Below are positions 9,450 through 21,405 of a stretch of 64,000 nt of DNA, piece by piece. The DNA is from Desulfatiglandales bacterium. GTDB taxonomy: Bacteria; Desulfobacterota; DSM-4660; Desulfatiglandales; Desulfatiglandaceae. How positions within the stretch are numbered: the first letter of the stretch is position 1; every line of letters starts with the position of its first letter. Below the pieces are notes generated by a model. The model saw only the letters and a program-made list of their open reading frames with translations, did no database searches and had not been told where the DNA came from. The position numbers and the translations under genes were made by a program. Where the stretch lies: NCBI GenBank assembly GCA_963662465.1, contig OY759599.1, positions 5,920,001 to 5,984,000 of the forward strand. Reading direction: 5' to 3'.

Positions 9450-9466
9450 CCTCTCCCTGATTCAAA

Positions 9467-11676
9467 TCAAACCGGCTGTGTTGTCGGCAGCTCAATCCTC
9501 AAAACAACATCCTCCCCGTCCCGAAAAACATCCACTTTTCCCCCATGCCGGTTGATGACCACCTTGGCCAGGGGCAAATCGTGAATGGTGGTTTCCGCCT
9601 TGCCGGTAAAACGGGGGAAAAAAAACTGGCTCAGATCATCTTCGGCCAGACCTTTTGCATTATGCCGGATGGTGACCGCCACATTTTCGGCTTCCATGGC
9701 CGTTTGAAGGAAAAGTTTTTCCCCTTCCGGCATGTTAATGACTTCATTTTTTAAGATACCGCCAAAGGCCCGTTTCAGGAAAGCGCCGTCACCCTGAATC
9801 CGTGGGATGGACGGGGAAAGCAGGGTTTCAAGGGCGATTTTTTTGACGGCGATTCGTTCGGCCTCTTCATCGAGGGAACTCAGGAGGATCTCATTGATGT
9901 CCACGGTGACGATGTTGAGTGAAAAAGGCTTTATGGACGCCAGGATGCTTTTCAGGATATCTTCCAGTTTGCTCACTTCGTCAACGATGATTTTGGCAAA
10001 CATTTTCTCCCGTTCATTTTCCGTAAGGGCATCCTGCAGCCGACGGGCAAAACCGCCCACAGTGGCCAGAGGATTTCTCATTTCGTGAGCGAAACGTGCG
10101 GATATTTCCCCCAGAAGCCGAACTTCTTCCGTACGCAATGCCTTTTCCTGAAGCTGTTTAAGCTCGGTGATATCCACCATGATGCCCTCGAACCAGCGGA
10201 GGTTGCCGGAGTCGTCCCAGGAGGGAATGGCGTCATCCATAAACACGTGTTTGCGGTCCTGCCGGTCTTTGACCACCCGTTCCACGCGGAACCCTTTGGC
10301 ATCTTTTTTCATGGCCGCCATGAGCGTTTCACTTTGATCCCTGTCGCATCCCCAGACCCTTTTCTGCCAGAAAAACCGGCGCCCCACCATATCATCGGGA
10401 TCAAACCCCAAGGTATTGATCAGGTAGGGATTGATAAACTCGATGGTGCCGTCACTCAAAATCCGATATACTCCCAAGGGCAGATTATCCACCAGGGTTC
10501 GGTATTTCTCTTCTGAAGAAACCAGGTCCGCGGTCCGCTCCTGAACCCGTCTCTCAAGGGTTTTGGCATAATTTTCAACCTGCAATCGCCGTGCCTTGAG
10601 AGAGTTGAGCATGGTGTTGAGCGAATGGCCCAGGACCCCGATCTCATCATTGGGACCGGGCTTCAGCCGGGTTTCCCTTTTTCCCTGGGCAATCTCCTGA
10701 GCGCCGGCCACCATTTTCTTAATGGGGCGGATAAAGAGAACCGCCACAACCCATACCAGAAAGAAAGAGATACAAATGCCGATAAGCCCCATAACGATCA
10801 TCAGGGTTCTTGTTCGGGACAACCGGGCCATAATGGCCGAACGATTATTTCGATCTCCACCATGGCCACTACCTCTCCCCGGTAATCTCTGATGGGGCCC
10901 ACCAGCAGGGCGATGTTTGGAAATTGAGACGGCGCAATCAAAATCCGGATTTGTTTTATGGCGCCGGGAACGAGGGATTTTGTTAAAGAAAAGGTCTTTC
11001 CCGGACCATTGGTGGATGCCAGCAGGGGATAAGCGGTTGGACTCTTTTTTTCGTAAACGGCAAAATCGGGCCCCCAACGCTCCTTGAGATGTTGCAAGAA
11101 AAGGCGGCCAAAGGGATACCCGATTTCCAGGCTTCCCACCAGTTCGTTGTTCAGGGATACCGGCGCGACCCCCCGAATGCCCAGGCCCGTCATCCCCCAT
11201 TCAAGGCCCATTTTGCCCTTGCCGCTTTTCAATGCGTCCATGATGCTGGTTCGGTAGGCAATCATTTCACCCCATTGCTCCGGCATGTGAACCCGTAGAT
11301 AGGATTTCCCGGGCAAAACGTGAAAATGCAGTTGGCGAATGCCGAAATCTTTTTTGAGTTCCTCATACAAGGGGGATGCATAATCCAGAAGCCCTTTTCG
11401 GTCTTGTTCCGACAACAGCTTTTGAATCATGGGATTTTCAGAAATAATGGTCGCCATGGAAAGCGCCTGCTCTCCTTTCTGGCGAACCGACGCCAGAAAA
11501 AGCTGATAAATACGAAACAGCTCTTTTTTTTCCTCTTCCTTGATAATTTCCTGCTGTGAATGCAGACTGATGTAAACCAGGGAGGTCGTTCCGGCGAAAG
11601 AAAAAAACAGAAAGGGAATCAGAAGCTTCCACTTCAAACTGATACCCTGTACGCGATTTATGAAATCAGAAAACAT
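9467..11676 (-). pseudogene. Membrane sensor histidine kinase (Cache-HAMP-PAS-HisKA-HATPase) split by a 1-nt frameshift near 10845
   Basis: ORF 10801-11676 has TM plus Cache-like domain; the overlapping ORF continues with TM, HAMP, PAS and AHEMRNPL; the frames join if one base is restored in GAAATA[n]ATCGT. Confidence 0.8.
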
Positions 11677-11680
11677 AGGC

Positions 11681-11900
11681 TTATCGGTTTACGGTTGCCG
11701 GTTTACAGTTTACGGTTGCTTCCCGCTCCCACGCTCTAGCGTGGGAACCCGTTGGCATCTTGATATATTATCTAACAGCTGTCATTAGGCCTTATTCCCA
11801 GAAACCTGTCACAAAAAACAAGAAATTTATTCCTGGGAAAACTGGTAAGAAAACCCATAATTCATTGAAAAACCGTAAACCGGCAACCGTAAACGGTTAC
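11681..11900. mobile_element. MITE-like cassette with GTAACCGTTCAC-type ends and heptamer repeats; contains a REP-like hairpin
   Basis: Left GGTTTAC/GGTTGCC heptamers, right AACCGTAAACCGGCAACCGTAAACGGTTAC; internal CCCACGCTCTAGCGTGGG. Confidence 0.6.
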
Positions 11901-12637
11901 TTTTTTTCAGGCAAGGCCATTTGGTTCATATCGTTCAGTATCCTTTTCTGCCGTTTCAGCACCCGAACATTGGGTTTTATGGGGGACCAGCGATGGGGGC
12001 TGGGCAGTATGGCGGCTAGAAGCGCCGCCTGTGTTCGGGAGACGCGGCTTGCGGAAACATGGAAATATGCACTTGCCGCCGCTTCAATGCCCCTGATTCC
12101 TTTTCCCCAATCCACGGTGTTGAGATAAATTTCCAAAATCCGCTTTTTAGAGAGAAAAATCTCAAGCAATACCGTGTAATATGCCTCAAACCCTTTTCGT
12201 ATCCAGGTCCTGGAAGGCCAGAGGAATACCGTTCTGGCCACCTGCATGGTAAGGGTGCTGGCCCCCCTGAAACCCTTTCCCATGGCGAGGTCTTTGATGG
12301 CTTCGTTAAGCTCAATAAGATCGAAGCCGTTGTGGGTTAAAAACCGCTGATCTTCAGCCGCAAGGACCGCTTTTTTGACGGACGACGATATTTGTTCCGA
12401 TGAAAGCCAGCGTAAGGATGGTCCTGTCGACCGGATGTGAAATCCTTCGATCATGGATTTTAACGGCGTTATCAGGAACGAAGGAGGATTAATGTATCGC
12501 AAAAAGACCACCTGGAGGATGCTGATGCAAACCACCACCGCGACAAAACCACATCCCCACTTTATGGCCCAATGAAAGCGCTTTCTTTCCTTTTTTTTGA
12601 CCGTTTTTCCTACGCCTGCTTTTTTACCGCTTCCCAT
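11897..12637 (-). CDS. mtgA: Monofunctional biosynthetic peptidoglycan transglycosylase
   Basis: AAEDQRF..HNGFD, RGASTLTMQVAR, RKGFE and ILEIYLN motifs. Confidence 0.92.
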   Translation of the reverse strand: MGSGKKAGVGKTVKKKERKRFHWAIKWGCGFVAVVVCISILQVVFLRYINPPSFLITPLKSMIEGFHIRSTGPSLRWLSSEQISSSVKKAVLAAEDQRFLTHNGFDLIELNEAIKDLAMGKGFRGASTLTMQVARTVFLWPSRTWIRKGFEAYYTVLLEIFLSKKRILEIYLNTVDWGKGIRGIEAAASAYFHVSASRVSRTQAALLAAILPSPHRWSPIKPNVRVLKRQKRILNDMNQMALPEKK

Positions 12638-13413
12638 GCCCTATTCATTTGATCGACGGTTGCCTCTTCCATGGAGACGCCCCTTTGATCTAAAAGTTTT
12701 TCCATTTGCTCAAAACGGTTCAGAAATTTTCGGTTTGCCGATCTTAAAAGATCCTCCGCGTTTCTCCCCCAGTGTCTGCTCATATTGACCAGGCTGAACA
12801 AAAGGTCCCCCATTTCCTCGATAACCGCCGTTTCATCGTCGTCGCTCACCGCCGTTTTCAGTTCCGCCACTTCCTCCAGAACCTTTTCCCAGACCTCTTC
12901 TCTGCCGGCCCAGTCGAAACCTGTTTTGGCGGCCCTTTCACTTAATCGGTGGGCTCTCAAAAGGGCGGGCAGTCCATCCGGCACATTTTTCAATGAAAAA
13001 GAAACCGGCTCGACCGCACCCGCTTCTTCCCGTTTGATCCTGGCCCAGTTGACGGCCACTTGTTCGGCTGAGGTTACCTTTTCATCCGAAAAAACATGGG
13101 GATGTCGGTGAATCATTTTCGCCGTAATTTTTTCTACCACTTCGGCAAAATCAAACTCCCCCTTTTCCGCTGCCAGCTCAGCCAGGAAAACAATTTGAAA
13201 CAGCAGGTCTCCCAGTTCCCCGCGGGTTTCCGCGGGCGATCCATTTTCGATGGCGTCCAACACCTCATAGGCTTCTTCAATGAGATAGATTTTAATGGTG
13301 GCATCGGTCTGTTTGGCATCCCAGGGACAGCCTCCCGGTCCGCGAAGTCGCCTCACCAGCGTCAACAGATCGCCCATGGCTTTACCCAGCTTATCAGTGT
13401 CGATTTTTTTCAT
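12610..13413 (-). CDS. mazG: Nucleoside triphosphate pyrophosphohydrolase
   Basis: LRGPGGCPWD, EEAYEVLDAI, ELGDLL, RHPHVF and EEMGDLLF motifs. Confidence 0.95.
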   Translation of the reverse strand: MKKIDTDKLGKAMGDLLTLVRRLRGPGGCPWDAKQTDATIKIYLIEEAYEVLDAIENGSPAETRGELGDLLFQIVFLAELAAEKGEFDFAEVVEKITAKMIHRHPHVFSDEKVTSAEQVAVNWARIKREEAGAVEPVSFSLKNVPDGLPALLRAHRLSERAAKTGFDWAGREEVWEKVLEEVAELKTAVSDDDETAVIEEMGDLLFSLVNMSRHWGRNAEDLLRSANRKFLNRFEQMEKLLDQRGVSMEEATVDQMNRAWEAVKKQA

Positions 13414-13420
13414 TTAAAGC

Positions 13421-13960
13421 TCAAATCTTTCCTTTAAAAACCTCTTGGAGATTCTTTTTTTGTTGATCAAATGACTTTTTCAGCTTTTGGTGGGAATCCG
13501 AAGGGATGAACCCGACCATGGTCTGATAAGCGGCGACAACGACCGGCGTGAGCCGTGATTGTGCCATAAGGGGCGACGTTGCCGGCACAAAAAATGTCGC
13601 CACAACAATGATGACATAGCTTAGAATAACGCCTTTCACCAGCGCCAGGCCGGCTCCCAGCATCCGGTCCACCCATCCCAGGAATATTTTTTGAAACAGC
13701 TTCTTTAAAGCCCAGCCGGCCAGGTTACACAACACCAGGACCATCAGGAAAATAAGGGCAAATGCCATCAAAGACAGAAATTTTTCCGAAACAATAAATC
13801 TTTTTAGAAAATCCGTCATCTGCACATGGTAAACATTGGCCAGCCAAATCCCCAGAACAACGCCTGCCAGGGAAGCGATTTCTCGAATAAACCCCCGAAA
13901 AACACCTCGAATGAGAAAAAAAATCGTTGCCGCAATGATGATAATATCCAGAATGTTCAT
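13421..13960 (-). CDS. cvpA: CvpA (colicin V production) family membrane protein
   Basis: MNILDIII..RGVFRGFIREI and DRMLGA motifs; ATG at 13960. Confidence 0.85.
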   Translation of the reverse strand: MNILDIIIIAATIFFLIRGVFRGFIREIASLAGVVLGIWLANVYHVQMTDFLKRFIVSEKFLSLMAFALIFLMVLVLCNLAGWALKKLFQKIFLGWVDRMLGAGLALVKGVILSYVIIVVATFFVPATSPLMAQSRLTPVVVAAYQTMVGFIPSDSHQKLKKSFDQQKKNLQEVFKGKI

Positions 13961-13966
13961 GGTCTC

Positions 13967-14173
13967 GTAACCGTTCACAGGGTGCAGTTGTCAGGGTGCA
14001 GAAAAATCAGCTTCGATTCAGATTTAAACAAATTGCCTTGATCTAATGACGCCAAATAGCATAATTGGCAAATCCTTTTCAATATTGATGCTTAATCATG
14101 CATCCCTTTTCCAATCACCTAAGTCTTCGAATTTTATCCTGCCCCCTGTCCCCTGTCCCCTGTGAACGGCTGA
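13967..14173. mobile_element. MITE-like cassette with GTAACCGTTCAC ends and heptamer repeats
   Basis: GTAACCGTTCACAGGG (13967) versus CCCTGTGAACGGCTGA (ending 14173), the latter arm formed from (CCCCTGT)x3. Confidence 0.65.
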
Positions 14174-15807
14174 TGTTCTTTCCTGAGCAGGTCATTGACG
14201 GTTTTTACGGGATTAAACGTCATAATCGGCACTTCAACAAAAAGTGTAATCCAGTGCGCCATGCTGCCATTCCAGAGTCCCGGATGTTCCAAGGCCTTGA
14301 GTTCTTTTCCGTCCTTGGATTTCAGGGAAATAAAAACCGTATCCGGGTCCACAAAATCCCTTAAATCAAATGGGTTACCCCGCCAGTCCCGAACCCCGCA
14401 TACCAGGTCCACGGGATTGAAATGGGTGGCGCCGGCCAGAATGGCCTGCTGGGCCTCGTCATCCGGGTCGATCTGGGCCGTCTCAACAATCTGGCGTGAT
14501 TTTCCGCTCGATGTCTCTTTTACCCAGAAAGGTCCGCCGCCTGGCTCCCCCGTATTTTTGACCATGCCGCAGACACGGACTGGCCGGTCGAGTCGCTCCA
14601 TGAGATAACGCCTTCTTTCTTCTGAATTTGCGTTTTTCATGGCAGAGGGCATTGCAATCAAAAGATCTTTTTCCAAAAATTCCGCTGTTTCATCCAAAAG
14701 TCGGCCTGATGCTGATCCAGAGGTCAGTTCTTCCATGTAGCGGGCGATTCGATTTTGGATGGAGATCAGATACCCTCCCATGACTTTTTTCCATAGGATG
14801 GTCACTCCCTTGAGATAATCGGGAACCACATTGTCAATATTTTTGACGAAAACAATATCGCCCTGAAGGTCGTTTATATTTTCAAGCAGTGCCCCATGCC
14901 CTCCCGGCCGAAACAGCAACTGACCGTTTCCCAAACGAAAAGGCCGATTTTCCAAATCCACCGCAAGGGTATCTGTGGCGGCTTTCTGTGTGGAAAAAGC
15001 CACATGGTAATGCACCTGGTATCTTTTTTCAAGGATAGGTTCAATTCCATGAAAATAGGCTTCAAACCGTTTTAGATGTTCAGGGGAAACAGTAAAATGC
15101 ATGGGACAACGGCCCGCGGCGTCACAGGTGTAAGTTACCGCCTCCACCAGGTGCTCCTCAAAGGCGGTACGATTCCCTTCCGGATACCCATGGAACATGA
15201 GCAGTCCTTTGGGTAACCCGGCATAATTCAGGCCCTCTTCCTTCAACAACAACCGGATAATGTCCCTGAACCTGCCCTGATTCAAGAATTCTCCCATGGA
15301 CAGCCCTTTTTCGGAAAGCGCCGAAGATAAGTCCTGAAAAAAAGCAAACCTGGAAATGCCTTCCATGAAAACCAACAACTGTTCGGCATCGGCCTTACCG
15401 GCAGCGGCTTCCCTGGAAACCGCATCCCGTTCAATTTCCCCGGCCTGATTCAAATACGCCGACAGGACCTTGAACATTCTGGAAGCCGCTCCCGAAGCGG
15501 GAACAAACTTGAGGCAGAAACGCTTGTGCCTTTCCCTTTCGTAAAGCGCCGTCAATGCTTTTTGCTCTTCACGGCTGAAAACAGCGATCCCTTCCCCGGG
15601 AACGCATGGGCCCACAAGTTTGAGATAGGGTCTGGCTGTTTTAAACAAGTCAACTTGTCGTTCCGCCTCCTTCGAGGTAATTCCGTGTGCGGTCATCTGG
15701 GCCGTATCATCGTCATTGAACATTTCTCCGTCCATACCATCTCCCTCCTGCTTGTCATTTGCATCAAAATGCTGTGGGATGAGGCCGAATGTCAACAAAA
15801 AAAACAA
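14134..15807 (-). CDS. DUF4301 family protein (true start probably ~15735 or 15723)
   Basis: KFVPASGAASRMFK, FRPGGHGALLENIN, GEPGGGPFWV and PGLWNGSMA..FNPVKTVNDLLR motifs. Confidence 0.88.
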   Translation of the reverse strand: MFFLLTFGLIPQHFDANDKQEGDGMDGEMFNDDDTAQMTAHGITSKEAERQVDLFKTARPYLKLVGPCVPGEGIAVFSREEQKALTALYERERHKRFCLKFVPASGAASRMFKVLSAYLNQAGEIERDAVSREAAAGKADAEQLLVFMEGISRFAFFQDLSSALSEKGLSMGEFLNQGRFRDIIRLLLKEEGLNYAGLPKGLLMFHGYPEGNRTAFEEHLVEAVTYTCDAAGRCPMHFTVSPEHLKRFEAYFHGIEPILEKRYQVHYHVAFSTQKAATDTLAVDLENRPFRLGNGQLLFRPGGHGALLENINDLQGDIVFVKNIDNVVPDYLKGVTILWKKVMGGYLISIQNRIARYMEELTSGSASGRLLDETAEFLEKDLLIAMPSAMKNANSEERRRYLMERLDRPVRVCGMVKNTGEPGGGPFWVKETSSGKSRQIVETAQIDPDDEAQQAILAGATHFNPVDLVCGVRDWRGNPFDLRDFVDPDTVFISLKSKDGKELKALEHPGLWNGSMAHWITLFVEVPIMTFNPVKTVNDLLRKEHQPFTGDRGQGAG

Positions 15808-16044
15808 GGCCCGGACACCCGGTAATCAAGGCAAAGAGACCCTTTTACGAAATGGATTTACAAATTTCTATGGAATTTGGGAAAATTGTAACTATAATGT
15901 TAAGATTGTGCATCCAGGGCGCAGGTTTTTCCTTGTGGAAACATTTCAGAAACCCTGCGCTGTGTTCAAAAAGGCGATCATGACCGGCGCTTTGGATGGA
16001 AATTTTCAAATGACCGACAGTCTCTTCATGGAGGTGACAGACCG

Positions 16045-17901
16045 TTGAACCCTTTCTATAAAAATCTCGCCCTGTGGCTCGTCATCAGTTTAATGATGGT
16101 CATGCTGTTTCAAATGTTTAAACACCCTGACAGGAGCAATGTCAAGATCAGTTACAGCGATTTCCTGAACATGGTGGAAAGCGGCGGCGTCAATCAGGTA
16201 ATCATTCAAGGGGAAAACATTTCGGGCATGTCCGGCCAGGGGCCATTTCGGACCTATGCCCCGAAAGATCCTGAACTTATCGGCATGCTCAGAAGCAAGG
16301 GCGTTGCCATCACCGCCAAACCCATGGAAGAATCACCCTGGTTCCAGGTATTTTTATCCTGGGTTCCCATGCTGCTGCTCATCGGCGTATGGATATTTTT
16401 CATGAAACAGATGCAGGCGGGCGGCGGAAAAGCCATGTCGTTTGGAAAAAGTCGCGCCAGGCTCATGACGGATGCTCAGGAGAAGGTCACTTTTGAAGAT
16501 GTGGCGGGCATTGACGAAGCCAAGGATGAGCTGGGGGAAATCGTGGACTTTCTCAGCGATCCCAAGAAATTTACCCGACTGGGAGGCCGAATCCCCAAGG
16601 GCGTCCTTCTGGTGGGAAGCCCGGGCACGGGAAAAACCCTTCTGGCCCGCGCCATTGCGGGAGAAGCGGGGGTTCCCTTTTTTACCATCAGCGGTTCCGA
16701 TTTCGTGGAAATGTTTGTGGGCGTCGGCGCAAGCCGGGTCAGGGATCTTTTCAACCAGGGGAAAAAGAACGCGCCCTGCATTATTTTCATCGATGAAATT
16801 GACGCCGTGGGACGGCATCGGGGCGCGGGATTGGGCGGCGGCCACGACGAACGGGAACAGACCCTGAATCAACTCCTGGTGGAAATGGACGGTTTTGAGT
16901 CCAATGAGGGGGTCATTCTCATCTCGGCCACAAACAGGCCGGACGTGTTGGACCCGGCCCTTTTGAGACCGGGCCGTTTTGACCGGCAGGTGGTGGTTCC
17001 GGTGCCGGATCTGACGGGGCGCGAGGGTATTTTGAAAGTACACCTCAGAAAAAAAATGGTCGCTGAAAATCTGGATACGTCCATCCTGGCCAGGGGAACC
17101 CCGGGGTTTACCGGCGCCGACATCGAAAATATGGTCAACGAAGCCGCGCTCATGGCCGCAAGGCGCGGCAAAGATAAAATTGAAATGGCCGATTTTGAGG
17201 ATGCCAAAGACAAGGTCCTCATGGGAACCGAGCGGAAAAGCATGATTATCAGCGAAAGCGAAAAAAAGATCACCGCCTACCATGAGTCCGGGCACACCCT
17301 GGTGGCCCGGTTGCTTCCCGGTACGGACCCCATTCACAAGGTAACGATTATCCCCAGGGGGAGGGCACTGGGCTTGACCCTGCAACTGCCGACCGATGAA
17401 AAACACACCTATCCGAAGGAACACCTGCTCAGTAATATTGCCATATTGATGGGGGGGCGTGCCGCCGAAAAAATTGTTTTGAATACGGAAACCACCGGCG
17501 CGGGAAACGATATTGAGCGAGCCTCGGACCTGGCCCGAAAAATGGTCTGTTCTTTCGGCATGAGCGAAGAACTGGGTCCCTTGAGTTTTGGAAAGAAAGA
17601 CGAACAGATTTTTCTGGGCAGAGAGCTTTCACAACATAGGGATTATGGTGAAGATACCGCTAAAAAGATTGATGAGGAAGTCAGGAGAATTGTTACAAAC
17701 GCCTATGACGACTCCTGTCAGCTTATCAAAGACCATCTGAACACCATACACAACATGGCCAACGCGCTGCTGGAAAAGGAAACCTTAAACAACAAGGATA
17801 TTGAGGAAATCATGGCCGGAGATAAGAAATGGGACCGGAAAAGCACTCCTGACCCGAAATCCGCTGATGACCCGGAAGCATCAACAATCTCACAGGGCTA
17901 G
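16045..17901 (+). CDS. ftsH: ATP-dependent zinc metalloprotease
   Basis: [16 protein letters not shown], second region of homology, HESGH zinc motif. Confidence 0.98.
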   Translation: MNPFYKNLALWLVISLMMVMLFQMFKHPDRSNVKISYSDFLNMVESGGVNQVIIQGENISGMSGQGPFRTYAPKDPELIGMLRSKGVAITAKPMEESPWFQVFLSWVPMLLLIGVWIFFMKQMQAGGGKAMSFGKSRARLMTDAQEKVTFEDVAGIDEAKDELGEIVDFLSDPKKFTRLGGRIPKGVLLVGSPGTGKTLLARAIAGEAGVPFFTISGSDFVEMFVGVGASRVRDLFNQGKKNAPCIIFIDEIDAVGRHRGAGLGGGHDEREQTLNQLLVEMDGFESNEGVILISATNRPDVLDPALLRPGRFDRQVVVPVPDLTGREGILKVHLRKKMVAENLDTSILARGTPGFTGADIENMVNEAALMAARRGKDKIEMADFEDAKDKVLMGTERKSMIISESEKKITAYHESGHTLVARLLPGTDPIHKVTIIPRGRALGLTLQLPTDEKHTYPKEHLLSNIAILMGGRAAEKIVLNTETTGAGNDIERASDLARKMVCSFGMSEELGPLSFGKKDEQIFLGRELSQHRDYGEDTAKKIDEEVRRIVTNAYDDSCQLIKDHLNTIHNMANALLEKETLNNKDIEEIMAGDKKWDRKSTPDPKSADDPEASTISQG

Positions 17902-17909
17902 AATTTTAC

Positions 17910-18800
17910 ATGAACTACCATCTGAACTGGAATAACCATCACCTGAAACTGGGAACCAGAACCCACCTCATGGGCGTTCTGAATGTGACTCCCGATTCAT
18001 TTTCAGACGGCGGCATGCATTTTTCCGTGACCGACGCCGTGGATCACGGTATCGCTATGGCGCGAGACGGCGCTGACATTATCGACATCGGGGGCGAATC
18101 GACCCGCCCCTATTCCAGGAGAGTCCCCGCGGATGAGGAAATGGCGCGCGTCATACCGATCATTCGCCAATTGAGCCGGGAGGTTTCCATTCCCATCAGT
18201 ATCGATACTTACAAGGCGGCGGTAGCCGAGGCAGCGCTGAATGCCGGTGCTTCCATTATTAACGATATCAGCGCCCTGCGGTTGGATCCGGATATGGGGA
18301 GGGTGGCCGCTGAAGCCGGCGTCCCCCTGATCCTGATGCACATGAAGGGCACGCCCGAGAGCATGCAGCGCCACCCCGAATATGATGATCTGATCCGGGA
18401 AATCCTGGATTTTCTGAAAGAGGCTGTACAACGTTCTGAATCCGCCGGGATTAAAAAGGATATGATGATTCTGGATCCCGGGATCGGATTTGGGAAAACC
18501 TTTGAGCACAATCTGAAGGTCATCCATCATCTTGCAGAATTTCAAACCCTTGAAATGCCGCTTTTGCTGGGACCTTCGAATAAAGCCTTTATCGGTCATA
18601 TCCTGGGTAAAGAGGCCCATGAGAGAGATACGGGTACCATGGCCGCGGTGGCGGCCTGCGTCATGAACGGTGCCCATATCATCAGGGCGCACAACGTCAA
18701 AATGGCCGTGGAAACCATCAAAATCATTGACGCCATCAGAAGAGAGCGAATAGACGATGAAAACCACACCGAGGCAACATCACATGCTGTTCTGCATTGA
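17910..18800 (+). CDS. folP: Dihydropteroate synthase
   Basis: [22 protein letters not shown] and DPGIGFGK motifs; follows ftsH. Confidence 0.96.
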   Translation: MNYHLNWNNHHLKLGTRTHLMGVLNVTPDSFSDGGMHFSVTDAVDHGIAMARDGADIIDIGGESTRPYSRRVPADEEMARVIPIIRQLSREVSIPISIDTYKAAVAEAALNAGASIINDISALRLDPDMGRVAAEAGVPLILMHMKGTPESMQRHPEYDDLIREILDFLKEAVQRSESAGIKKDMMILDPGIGFGKTFEHNLKVIHHLAEFQTLEMPLLLGPSNKAFIGHILGKEAHERDTGTMAAVAACVMNGAHIIRAHNVKMAVETIKIIDAIRRERIDDENHTEATSHAVLH

Positions 18801-19554
18801 CATCGGAAATACCAACATCGTCCTGGGGGTAACCCGGGATAATAAGATTCTTCATCACTGGAGAATTCGCACTGAAAAAGAGATCACGGCCGATGAATTG
18901 GGCATCCTGGTGGGAAATTTTTTCCAGTGGGAAGGCTTTGGCTTCAAGGATATCAAAAATACCATTGTCTCTTGCGTGGTTCCCCCTTTGCTGAATACGG
19001 TGGTGGATTTTTCACGCCGGTATTTTGGCGTGGAACCGGTCATTGTGGGGCCGGGCCTTAAAACCGGCATGCCCATCAAATACGATAATCCCAGAGAGGT
19101 CGGCGCCGACAGAATCGTAAATGCGGTTGCCGCTTACGAAAAATATAAGACCGCCTTGATTGTAGTGGACTTTGGAACCGCCACCACCTTTGACTATATT
19201 TCCGGCGGCGGGGACTATATGGGCGGCGCCATCGCCCCGGGCATCATCATCTCCTGCGAAGCGCTCTTCCAGGAGGCCTCGAAGCTGCCAAGGGTTGAAA
19301 TTTTTTCACGGCCGACCTCCGTCATTGCCAAAGATACCATCAGCAGCATGAATGCCGGCATTATTTACGGTTATGCCGGATTGGTGGACGGTATCGTAAA
19401 CCGCATGGTAAAAGAGTCAGGCGAAGATCCCCAAATCATCGCCACAGGAGGCCTGGCGCCCCTGATCTCCGAGGTTTCCGAGACGATCCAGGGTGTTGAA
19501 GAATTTTTAACCCTGCATGGCTTGATCCTCCTCTTCAACAAAAACGCCAAATAA
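18784..19554 (+). CDS. coaX: Type III pantothenate kinase
   Basis: [23 protein letters not shown] and ATGGLA motifs. Confidence 0.95.
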   Translation: MLFCIDIGNTNIVLGVTRDNKILHHWRIRTEKEITADELGILVGNFFQWEGFGFKDIKNTIVSCVVPPLLNTVVDFSRRYFGVEPVIVGPGLKTGMPIKYDNPREVGADRIVNAVAAYEKYKTALIVVDFGTATTFDYISGGGDYMGGAIAPGIIISCEALFQEASKLPRVEIFSRPTSVIAKDTISSMNAGIIYGYAGLVDGIVNRMVKESGEDPQIIATGGLAPLISEVSETIQGVEEFLTLHGLILLFNKNAK

Positions 19555-19599
19555 GCCCTGTTGCGCCAAAGCAAAAGGCCTTGCCGAGATGTTCATTTG

Positions 19600-20496
19600 A
19601 TGCTTAAACCATCAAAATTAAACCGCGGCGATTTTGTGGGAGTTGTTTCCCCGGCGGGTCCCGTCGATGAATCCGACCTGGAAGCGGACCTTCATTTGCT
19701 GAAAACCAAAGGGTTTTCCGTCCATGTGGCGCCCCATGCCCATGATCGGCTGGGATACCTGGCCGGGAAAGATGAAGACCGCCTTGCGGATCTTCACTAC
19801 ATGTTCCGAAATACCGATATCAAAGCCGTTTTCTGTACGCGCGGTGGGTATGGCAGCCTGAGATTACTGGAGCGAATCGATTACGATCTCATCCGGAAAA
19901 ACCCGAAAATCATTGTGGGGTACAGCGACATCACGGCCCTTTTGATGGCCATCTTCAAAAAAACCGGTCTGATGACGTTTCACGGTCCCATGGTGAGGGG
20001 GCTTTCATCCCTTCCCGAAAAGGTCCTGGAAAACCTGTTTGAAATCCTTTCTTCCGAACAACCGGCTTCATTTAGCTCCTTGGAAGGCCGGCCCCTTTGC
20101 CGGGGCAAAGCCACAGGCCCCCTCATGGGCGGCAATCTGTCCCTCATCTGTCATCTGCTGGGCACCCCTTTCATGCCAAGTCTCGACGGTTGCATCCTGT
20201 TTCTGGAAGACAGGGGGGAAGCGCCCTATCGGGTGGATCGAATGCTCACCCACCTGAAACTCACGGGCAGCCTGAAAGGGATTGCGGGCCTGATCACGGG
20301 CCAATTTGTGGACTGTGGAGATCCCACTGCCATCGATCGCCTGGTAAGAGAGCAGTTTGCGCCCATGAATATTCCCATTTTAACCGGTTTTCCCCTGGGA
20401 CACGGTCCGGATAATACGACCCTCCCCTTAGGGATCCCGGCCGAACTGGATACCGACGCCATGACATTGACTCGTTTGGAATCAGCCGTTGTTTGA
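19600..20496 (+). CDS. LD-carboxypeptidase (peptidase S66)
   Basis: RGGYG, GYSDIT, GGNLS, LFLED and GHG motifs. Confidence 0.9.
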   Translation: MLKPSKLNRGDFVGVVSPAGPVDESDLEADLHLLKTKGFSVHVAPHAHDRLGYLAGKDEDRLADLHYMFRNTDIKAVFCTRGGYGSLRLLERIDYDLIRKNPKIIVGYSDITALLMAIFKKTGLMTFHGPMVRGLSSLPEKVLENLFEILSSEQPASFSSLEGRPLCRGKATGPLMGGNLSLICHLLGTPFMPSLDGCILFLEDRGEAPYRVDRMLTHLKLTGSLKGIAGLITGQFVDCGDPTAIDRLVREQFAPMNIPILTGFPLGHGPDNTTLPLGIPAELDTDAMTLTRLESAVV

Positions 20497-20507
20497 TTAG
20501 CTTTCAC

Positions 20508-20536
20508 TTGACAATGTAATGCAATTGCATTACTTC
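20508..20536 (+). promoter_or_regulatory. TA operon promoter with a perfect 18-bp palindromic operator
   Basis: TTGACA (20508-13), then GTAATGCAATTGCATTAC (20516-20533), which is its own reverse complement. Confidence 0.7.
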
Positions 20537-20569
20537 ATGGTGAATAAAGAGTACTCCCGTTTTGGAGGT

Positions 20570-20902
20570 ATGGTGATGTCCCCATTATTAACCATCGATT
20601 CTACGCTGACAAACCGATATCAAACAACGATCCCAAATATGATCAGAAAAGCGCTGGGGTTAGAAAAACAAGACAAGATACGGTATACCGTTCAGCCGGA
20701 TGGAAGCGTCATGATGTCGCGTGCAAACCGGACTGAAGAAGATCCTGTATTGGCTAAATTCTTAACTTTTTTAGCGAATGACATGGATCAAAACCCTCAG
20801 AATGTTCGTGCCATAGATTCTAACTTACTTGACCGTGTCCGGCCACTGGTGATGAATGTTGAAATTGATTTGGATCGCCCACTTTCCGATGAGGACGAGT
20901 AA
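20570..20902 (+). CDS. prlF: PrlF/SohA antitoxin (start 20570 or 20576)
   Basis: STLTNRYQTTIP..IRKALGL AbrB-like N-terminus; DPVLAKFLTFLAND; acidic tail IDLDRPLSDEDE. Confidence 0.88.
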   Translation: MVMSPLLTIDSTLTNRYQTTIPNMIRKALGLEKQDKIRYTVQPDGSVMMSRANRTEEDPVLAKFLTFLANDMDQNPQNVRAIDSNLLDRVRPLVMNVEIDLDRPLSDEDE

Positions 20903-20904
20903 GG

Positions 20905-21405
20905 TTGTCAAAATCAACGTTTTTAATCATTAACGGATGGAAAATATTCGGTCATTCTTTATTCTTGGACCAGGTTGAAGCGCTAATCACACAGGTTGAG
21001 TTTCTGCGCCGGAATACCGCTGATTACACAAAAAAGAATGCGGCAAAACGATTAGCGGCAATTGTGAAACTCTCTTTTGAAATTATTCCACAAGATCCGA
21101 CACTTGCTGTTTATCGTCAAGGGTCGACCCTCGGCGACCATCGCAAACACTGGTTTCGCGCGAAGTTTTTCCAACAATATCGTCTGTTCTTTCGATATCA
21201 CTTGGAAAGTAAGATAATCGTTTTTGCCTGGGTCAATGATAAGGGCACAAAACGTGCCTATAAGAGCAAAACGGATGCTTATCAGGTATTTAAAAAAATG
21301 TTGAAGAGTGGGCATTCTCCTGATGATTGGGATGAACTGCTCAAACAATCAAAATCAGACGCAGACCGTCTCAAAAAAATATTTTCCGATCACGCCCAAG
21401 GCTAA
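20905..21405 (+). CDS. yhaV: YhaV toxin (RelE-superfamily RNase)
   Basis: YRQGSTLG..KHWFRAKFFQQYRLFFRY, WVND..TKRAY and PDDWDEL motifs. Confidence 0.92.
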   Translation: MSKSTFLIINGWKIFGHSLFLDQVEALITQVEFLRRNTADYTKKNAAKRLAAIVKLSFEIIPQDPTLAVYRQGSTLGDHRKHWFRAKFFQQYRLFFRYHLESKIIVFAWVNDKGTKRAYKSKTDAYQVFKKMLKSGHSPDDWDELLKQSKSDADRLKKIFSDHAQG

